A stretch of 32,000 nucleotides of DNA from Promethearchaeota archaeon (lineage in GTDB: Archaea; Asgardarchaeota; Hermodarchaeia; Hermodarchaeales; Hermodarchaeaceae), in assembly GCA_048938295.1 (NCBI GenBank), contig JBHLMI010000025.1:11083-43082 (forward strand), in the 5' to 3' direction. The notes under the pieces are model-generated. The model searched no databases. It saw only the letters and a list, made by a program, of their open reading frames with translations, and was not told where the DNA came from. Position 1 is the stretch's first letter, and each line of letters opens with the position of its first letter. Positions 26,735-32,000 of the stretch are shown here, piece by piece. The translations under genes and the position numbers were made by a program.

Positions 26735-27032
26735 ACTGACCAGCCTTGCCCCTATCGCTACTAGCCGAAATCAACTGATATAAGCTCTCTCTTTTTACAG
26801 GGTTCAAATTAGGTTATTGCAAAGGCTCATTGTTCTTGGGTGTTTTCTTCTCGTACAGATGGTATTACCACCTCTTTTAGGCAAGAAAGAAGAAAAGGAT
26901 AGAAATACAATTATCATTTTGAGGGAAGCCAATCTGGATCCAAAGGTTTGCCCACTATTCCAGCGACGCCTTTCAATGAAAAAAGCCACATGGTAACCCT
27001 TGAAATGAAACGGACTGGGCGAGGATATCAAA

Positions 27033-27518
27033 ATGAAGTTAGGCGAGGTAGCTCGACACGTTATTTTATTTCTAAGCGAACATTCTGACCAGGAATTTAC
27101 CGCTAACACTCTCCTGATGTACCTAGGCTTGCCGCTCCAAGAAAAACGACGGCTTTATGATGTCATTGAGGTTCTCAGTTGTGCCGGGCTTGTTTCTATT
27201 CGAAAAGAGGCCCGAAAACGGTACTTTAACTGGACGCCACAACCGTCCATGACGACCACAGACACGATGGACATGGATATGGCACCTGATCCTCTATTTC
27301 AAGAGGCTGGAACAATTCTGCACCTTCTACTGCACTTAAGTCCTGGTGCATTCCAGGAACTCAGCAATGACTCCGCAGTTAAAATGCTTGAGCGAGATGT
27401 TAAACGAACCATCTGGGGTGCGAATGCGGTCAGTGTTGTGAAAGTATCACTCCAAGATAAGGTTGGTCGGATTTTAAAAGAGACCTCAACTGGAGAGGCG
27501 CACGTAGCAGCACATTAG
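27033..27518 (+). CDS. E2F/DP-like winged-helix DNA-binding protein
   Basis: KLGEVARHVILFL...EKRRLYDVIEVLSCAGLVSIRKEARKRYFNW aligns by eye to the E2F/DP consensus SLG.L...F...L...RR.YD..NVL...GL+.K......W. Confidence 0.7.
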   Translation: MKLGEVARHVILFLSEHSDQEFTANTLLMYLGLPLQEKRRLYDVIEVLSCAGLVSIRKEARKRYFNWTPQPSMTTTDTMDMDMAPDPLFQEAGTILHLLLHLSPGAFQELSNDSAVKMLERDVKRTIWGANAVSVVKVSLQDKVGRILKETSTGEAHVAAH

Positions 27519-27585
27519 GTGCCTGATCCAGTTATCCATAGCAGGAAAAAGATGCGGTTCAGAAGGGAGTGAATAGACTCAACAA

Positions 27586-27990
27586 CTAGCTATCCTTGGC
27601 AAGATCCTTCTTGACGGCTTCATAAAAACTGACTTCATCCTCGCCACGGCGTTTCACAGTAATCTTGGGTTCAACGCCTTCTAATTTTCGTTGCACCAAT
27701 ATCACACCAGTTTTCGGAATGCGATTAATCAGCTGCCCACGGAGGTATAAGGCAATTGCCAGATCTTCAATCCGTTCAGCTAATGCTGCTTTAGTTAGTT
27801 TCAACTCCTTAAGGTAGACGACTGCATCAGGAAGAAAGAGCGCTTCTATGATTTTTTCCCGTTCGGTCTCTCGTTGCTTTATCCGTTCCTCGGTTTCGAG
27901 TCTTAGGGCCTGCTGTCGCACTTGCTCCTCCCGTAGCGCCTGCATTTTGCGTTCTCGTATACGTTTGAGATCATCAGCATCTTGGGACAT
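27586..27990 (-). CDS. PDCD5/TFAR19-like archaeal dsDNA-binding protein
   Basis: DLKRIRERKMQAL..., REKIIEALFLPDA..YL..LKL.K..LAERIE...I.L...GQL...I. Start moved to ATG 27990. Confidence 0.75.
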   Translation of the reverse strand: MSQDADDLKRIRERKMQALREEQVRQQALRLETEERIKQRETEREKIIEALFLPDAVVYLKELKLTKAALAERIEDLAIALYLRGQLINRIPKTGVILVQRKLEGVEPKITVKRRGEDEVSFYEAVKKDLAKDS

Positions 27991-28094
27991 TGAAGCCACC
28001 CTACGACGAAAGTGTGGCACCAGTCCAGTACTTTTATAGGTTTCGGGTTTTCTGGATAACGTCCCAGTGAAGTATTCTCAAAAAGGTATGACCT

Positions 28095-29183
28095 ATGAAC
28101 CTTTTACAGTCCCCTCTCTCTACGCGTTTTTCCTTCTCTAGTTTCATCTTGGTGTTCTTCTTACTCCTCGGGTTTGGGGGTGCTTCATTTCAGATCCAAT
28201 CTTCCTCTGCTAACAATGCCATTACACCTGTGCAATATTCACTGGAATTCAATGGCACTCGCGCGTTCACTTACCTTGAAAGCCAATGCGCCTTTGGTCC
28301 ACGACCACCAGGATCAGATAATCTGACTAAATGTGGAGACTACCTCATTGATCTCCTGGAGGCCAAAGACTGGCCAGTGCAGACGCAAACCTGGACTTAT
28401 CAGGAAACTCAGTTAAGGAACATCATGGCTGGAGCAATTGCAGCCCCACAATACGTGTTATTAGCGCATTATGACACCCGTCCAATCGCTGATAGTGACC
28501 CTGACCCTCTCAACCACGCTCAGCCGATTCTAGGGGCTAATGATGGTGCGAGTGGCGTGGCTGCACTCATGGAACTAGCTGGTGTACTTCCTGAACAAGC
28601 CAAAACTGTGACCTTGCTCCTTTTCGTCGATGCAGAAGATTCAGGGAACTACAATGACTGGAACTGGATTGTTGGTTCAACCTATTTCGTTGATTCTCTG
28701 AGTCAGGCTCAGAAATCTAATATTCACGCTGTCATCCTACTCGACATGATGGGCGATGCCGGTCTCCAGCTTCCCCGCGAACGATCATCCACACCAGCTC
28801 TCGTGGATGCCATCTGGCAGATGGCATCGGATCTTGAGTATGATGATATCTTCTTATCTTTATCTGGTCCCTATATTATTGACGACCATCGGCCTTTTCT
28901 TTTAGCCGGGATTCCCGCAGTTGATATCATTGATTTTAGTTATCCATACTGGCACACACTCGAGGATACACCTGACAAGTGTTCTGCCACCTCTTTGGAA
29001 GCTGTAGGGCGCGTTGTTGAAGCCTTTATGGAAACCCAGTTGGTTACACCAACGTTTTTCATCCCCACAGGGCAGCCTTTCACACCCGATCAACTAATCC
29101 TAATCTCAATGATTCCAGTGGTGATTGGTGGATGCATCATTCTACTTGTCTACAAGCTAAAGTTTCAAAAAAACACTAAATAA
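28095..29183 (+). CDS. M28-family Zn enzyme, glutaminyl-cyclase-like, with signal peptide and C-terminal TM
   Basis: Motifs AHYDTRP.AD.DPDP, GANDGASGVA, DAEDSG, LLDMMGD, DDHRPF...GIPAVDIIDF.YPYWHT.EDT. Confidence 0.8.
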   Translation: MNLLQSPLSTRFSFSSFILVFFLLLGFGGASFQIQSSSANNAITPVQYSLEFNGTRAFTYLESQCAFGPRPPGSDNLTKCGDYLIDLLEAKDWPVQTQTWTYQETQLRNIMAGAIAAPQYVLLAHYDTRPIADSDPDPLNHAQPILGANDGASGVAALMELAGVLPEQAKTVTLLLFVDAEDSGNYNDWNWIVGSTYFVDSLSQAQKSNIHAVILLDMMGDAGLQLPRERSSTPALVDAIWQMASDLEYDDIFLSLSGPYIIDDHRPFLLAGIPAVDIIDFSYPYWHTLEDTPDKCSATSLEAVGRVVEAFMETQLVTPTFFIPTGQPFTPDQLILISMIPVVIGGCIILLVYKLKFQKNTK

Positions 29184-29345
29184 ACACTATTCTCCATCAA
29201 GACAAAAAGATTCAGGGATAAAACCAAACACTTTAAAGTTCGTATTAAGGTAATCGACTCTCCTCACCATGTTGCAGGAGGATTCTAATCATTCTGCAAC
29301 ACGTCAAAGGACAACTGGTGAAACCAGTATACAACCAAACTAGAG

Positions 29346-29795
29346 ATGGAGGAAACTCCCAAAATGTCTAAAGAAACAGAATCTGCTGAGACCGTCGAGA
29401 CTGAAGAAGCTAAAGCGAAAGAACCTTCAGCTGAAGAAGAAAAGGGCAAAAAGGCTGCAAAGAAAAAAGAAGCCAAACCTGAAGCAAAGACAGAAGCAAA
29501 GGCGGAGGCTCCCAAGTCACGCCGCGACGAGAGTGTCGTCTTCGTTGGCAGCAAACCGCTGATGAGCTACATCACTGCTTGTGTCACCCAGCTCAACCGA
29601 AATCCCGAGGAACTCGTGATCAAGGCCCGGGGGCGGGCTATCAGTCGCGCTGTAGACGTGGCTGAAGTGCTCCGAAACCGTTTCATGCCTGATCTCATGG
29701 TGCGTCAAATCGATATTTCTACTGAACAAGTCAAGACAGCCGAAGGCAACGTAGCGAACGTCTCAGCGATGGAGATAACGCTGGCTCGTAAATAA
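29346..29795 (+). CDS. albA: DNA/RNA-binding protein Alba with an N-terminal low-complexity extension
   Basis: Core VFVGSKPLMSY...LVIKARGRAISRAVDVAEVLRNRF...VSAMEITL, preceded by ~61 aa rich in E/K/A. Confidence 0.92.
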   Translation: MEETPKMSKETESAETVETEEAKAKEPSAEEEKGKKAAKKKEAKPEAKTEAKAEAPKSRRDESVVFVGSKPLMSYITACVTQLNRNPEELVIKARGRAISRAVDVAEVLRNRFMPDLMVRQIDISTEQVKTAEGNVANVSAMEITLARK

Positions 29796-30011
29796 TCGCC
29801 GAACGACAAAATACCGTATTCTGCTTTGGAACTACGGACCTATCAAGCGATCACAGATCGTTTGGAAAGCCATTCCGGCAGGTGAGAACACCGAGCTACG
29901 TCTAGCACGTGCGTTCACCTTTCCTTCTTTTTGCCGGGCTAGAAGAGAGGATATGCTTATCATCGAATAAGAACAAAGACACAGAGTAGTTTCTGTTGCG
30001 AAGGAAAACAA

Positions 30012-30374
30012 ATGGAACCTCGTATGGGAAAACTTGTGCCAACCGTCCAGCTTTTATCAATTGGTGATGCCAAAGTGGAATTGACCTTCTCATCAGAACC
30101 GAAGATGCCAGAGTTTGGCCGACAAATTGTTGCTTCAGAGTTGACGGTGTGGGCAGCAGGCTCTGCAGCAAATTTCGCACTCTGTGGGGCAGCACTCGGT
30201 GTAAAAACTGGATTCGCTGTTAGTATGTTATCCGGGGCGACGATGGAACATACTGCAGTTTCTGCCAATGCGGTAGCCGCTCTGCATGTGTCCCGACGTC
30301 TGCTAGAATCCTTGTTCCCCAGTTTAGAAGTAACATCTGCCTTCCTGATGCGCCATCGTCCGCTAGAGGCATGA
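30012..30374 (+). pseudogene. PfkB/ribokinase-family kinase with an in-frame internal deletion (N- and C-terminal ends fused)
   Basis: The N-terminal motifs LSIGDA.V and AGSAANFA...AALG..TGF are joined directly to the C-terminal GF...LSG...E.TAVSANAVAALHVSR...FPSLE. The catalytic GAGD motif is absent and the product is only 120 aa. Confidence 0.65.
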
Positions 30375-31922
30375 AAAGACGCGTCGTCCACCCACATATG
30401 TAGCTAACACCTTCACGGTCTTCAGCTCATGAGGAGCTATTTCAAACGGATTCGCTGAAAGCACCACAAAATCCGCTAGTTTCCCTGGCGCTAAGGATCC
30501 TTTTTTCTTCTCATCAAAACTCGCATAAGCTGCATCGATAGTATAGAGACGAATTGCTTCTTCGATACTGATTTGAGTTGCAGGATTTGGGTGTGTTGCT
30601 GCTGAATAGATGCCGTATAACGGGTCCATGGGCATACAATCGGATCCAAAGGCAACTTTGATTCCAACATCGAGGCTGCGTCGGAAATTATTCAGTTGTG
30701 CTGCCCGTTCTGGTCCAAGGCGTACCTCATACATACCATCAGGAAGCCCCCAACGGTGAACGAAATTTGGTTGCTGTAGTAGGAGCATATCCAACTTCTT
30801 GACCCGTTTAATGAGGAGAGGAGTGAGAAACTCAGCATGAATTATGTTATGACGCAACTTCTTCACAAAATCGGAACAACTCGCTTTTTCATGAACGCGA
30901 ATCACAAGCTCAATGGCCCGATCCCCTATTGCATGGGTACTTACCTGTAGACCCAGTTCATTTGCTGTAACAATTAGGAACCGATAATTCTGTTCGTCAA
31001 AAAGCATCAACCCATTGCTTTCAGGTTTATCAAGATAAGGTTGGGAAATCGCAGCGGTTTGAGCTCCAAAGGATCCATCAATAAAGACTTTCACTCCTCC
31101 TAATCGTAGATAATCATCTCCAAGACCAGTTGGTAGTCCAAATGCTGCGAGTAAATCAAACAGCTTGGCTTCGAGATTCACATAAATTCGCACTGTCAGT
31201 TGATCTTTTTGCCGGAGTTTTAGGTACTCGTTGAGGTAGGGAAGCTGTAGCTTGTATAGATTCTCATGTACTGAGGTGATACCTACACTATTGGCATATC
31301 GGCAGCCTTCCTGGAGTGCTTTCGCCAAGTCTTCATCATTAGATTGGAAATTACGAGTATCAATAGGAATATCACGAAGGATCCCCGTGAGTTCCCCACT
31401 TTTTGCATCGCGGTCGATTCCAGGATCATTAGAATCCAACACCAACTGCTTAAGGGTCTCTGAGTTTACACTAATCAGATGACCACATACGCGAATCAAA
31501 ATCACTGGATTCTTCGGTGCAATGGGGTCAAGGTCGTTCTTGGTGATGTATCGGGGCGTTTCCCACTGACTTTCATCCCAATTATACCCGCGAATCAATT
31601 TGCCCTCTGGGGATTTGTTTACCCGTTCTTGGACTAATTGGAGTGCTTCTTCTATCGAGGCAGTATTCCCAAGGTCGAGATGGAGCATTTTTTGACCTAA
31701 ACTCGCAAGATGTGCATGGGTGTCAATAAATCCTGGCAAGATTGTCCGACCATCCATGTCAAGAGTTTCCGTTGCATAGGTCTGAAATACTGCAACTTCC
31801 GCATTGGAGCCTATCGCAATGATATGTTCGTTGCTAATTACCATCGCTTCTGCCTGTGGAATCTGTGAATCCATGGTTCGAATATTTGCATTCAGAATAA
31901 CGAGGTCAACGTGGAAAGGCAT
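30363..31922 (-). CDS. Metal-dependent amidohydrolase (YtcJ-like, Amidohydro_3)
   Basis: Motifs PGFIDTHAH, GHLISVNS, GGVKVFIDGSFGAQTA, THAIGDRA, IIHAE, FGSDC, GSLAPGKLADFVVL. Confidence 0.92.
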   Translation of the reverse strand: MPFHVDLVILNANIRTMDSQIPQAEAMVISNEHIIAIGSNAEVAVFQTYATETLDMDGRTILPGFIDTHAHLASLGQKMLHLDLGNTASIEEALQLVQERVNKSPEGKLIRGYNWDESQWETPRYITKNDLDPIAPKNPVILIRVCGHLISVNSETLKQLVLDSNDPGIDRDAKSGELTGILRDIPIDTRNFQSNDEDLAKALQEGCRYANSVGITSVHENLYKLQLPYLNEYLKLRQKDQLTVRIYVNLEAKLFDLLAAFGLPTGLGDDYLRLGGVKVFIDGSFGAQTAAISQPYLDKPESNGLMLFDEQNYRFLIVTANELGLQVSTHAIGDRAIELVIRVHEKASCSDFVKKLRHNIIHAEFLTPLLIKRVKKLDMLLLQQPNFVHRWGLPDGMYEVRLGPERAAQLNNFRRSLDVGIKVAFGSDCMPMDPLYGIYSAATHPNPATQISIEEAIRLYTIDAAYASFDEKKKGSLAPGKLADFVVLSANPFEIAPHELKTVKVLATYVGGRRVFSCL

Positions 31923-32000
31923 GATATCTAAGACTCCTCATAAACGGACTTGACAGGGATAAGCCACTATTTCAATTGACTTCTCTCTTCATTTTAACTT

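Noticed and set aside
26859-26996. 45-aa upstream ORF (MVLPPLLGKKEEKDR...) before the E2F-like gene
   Set aside because: No recognisable motif or ribosome-binding site. It is in frame with the downstream gene but closed by its own stop, with a second stop at 27006. It cannot be supported without expression data.
26735-27032. E2F consensus sites (TTTSSCGC) for autoregulation upstream of the E2F-like gene
   Set aside because: No match found by eye in this spacer. This neither supports nor refutes the domain call.
1-32000. Mobile elements, rRNA or tRNA genes
   Set aside because: No transposase, integrase or phage motifs, terminal inverted repeats or RNA-gene signatures were recognised.

Overview
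Gene-dense archaeal window (Alba, PDCD5-like protein, UPF0282, DUF116, TATA-like promoters). An Asgard-type host is plausible but is only inferred from gene content. About 35 CDSs, mostly housekeeping, salvage and envelope genes. I found no rRNA, tRNA, CRISPR array, integrase or transposase. Highlights: (1) a small protein at 27033..27518 whose N-terminal 67 aa match the eukaryotic E2F/DP winged-helix DNA-binding domain, including RRLYD. (2) An apparent local regulon at 15.2-20.1 kb, with a palindrome TCACA-N3-TGTGA repeated in four intergenic regions at recurring 13/19/32-bp spacings. It surrounds an HTH+Cys regulator, a bPH_2 membrane protein and a long bactofilin-like beta-helix protein. 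(3) A complete bshA/bshB/bshC bacillithiol-type thiol biosynthesis cluster. (4) A coiled-coil / Pro-repeat / WH2- or VASP-like-helix protein at 370..1026. (5) A TrxB-like flavoprotein that has lost its NADPH motifs. (6) A PfkB kinase gene with an in-frame internal deletion. (7) An Alba with a 61-aa charged N-terminal tail. All family calls come from motif recognition by eye; no database search was run, so novelty claims are untested.
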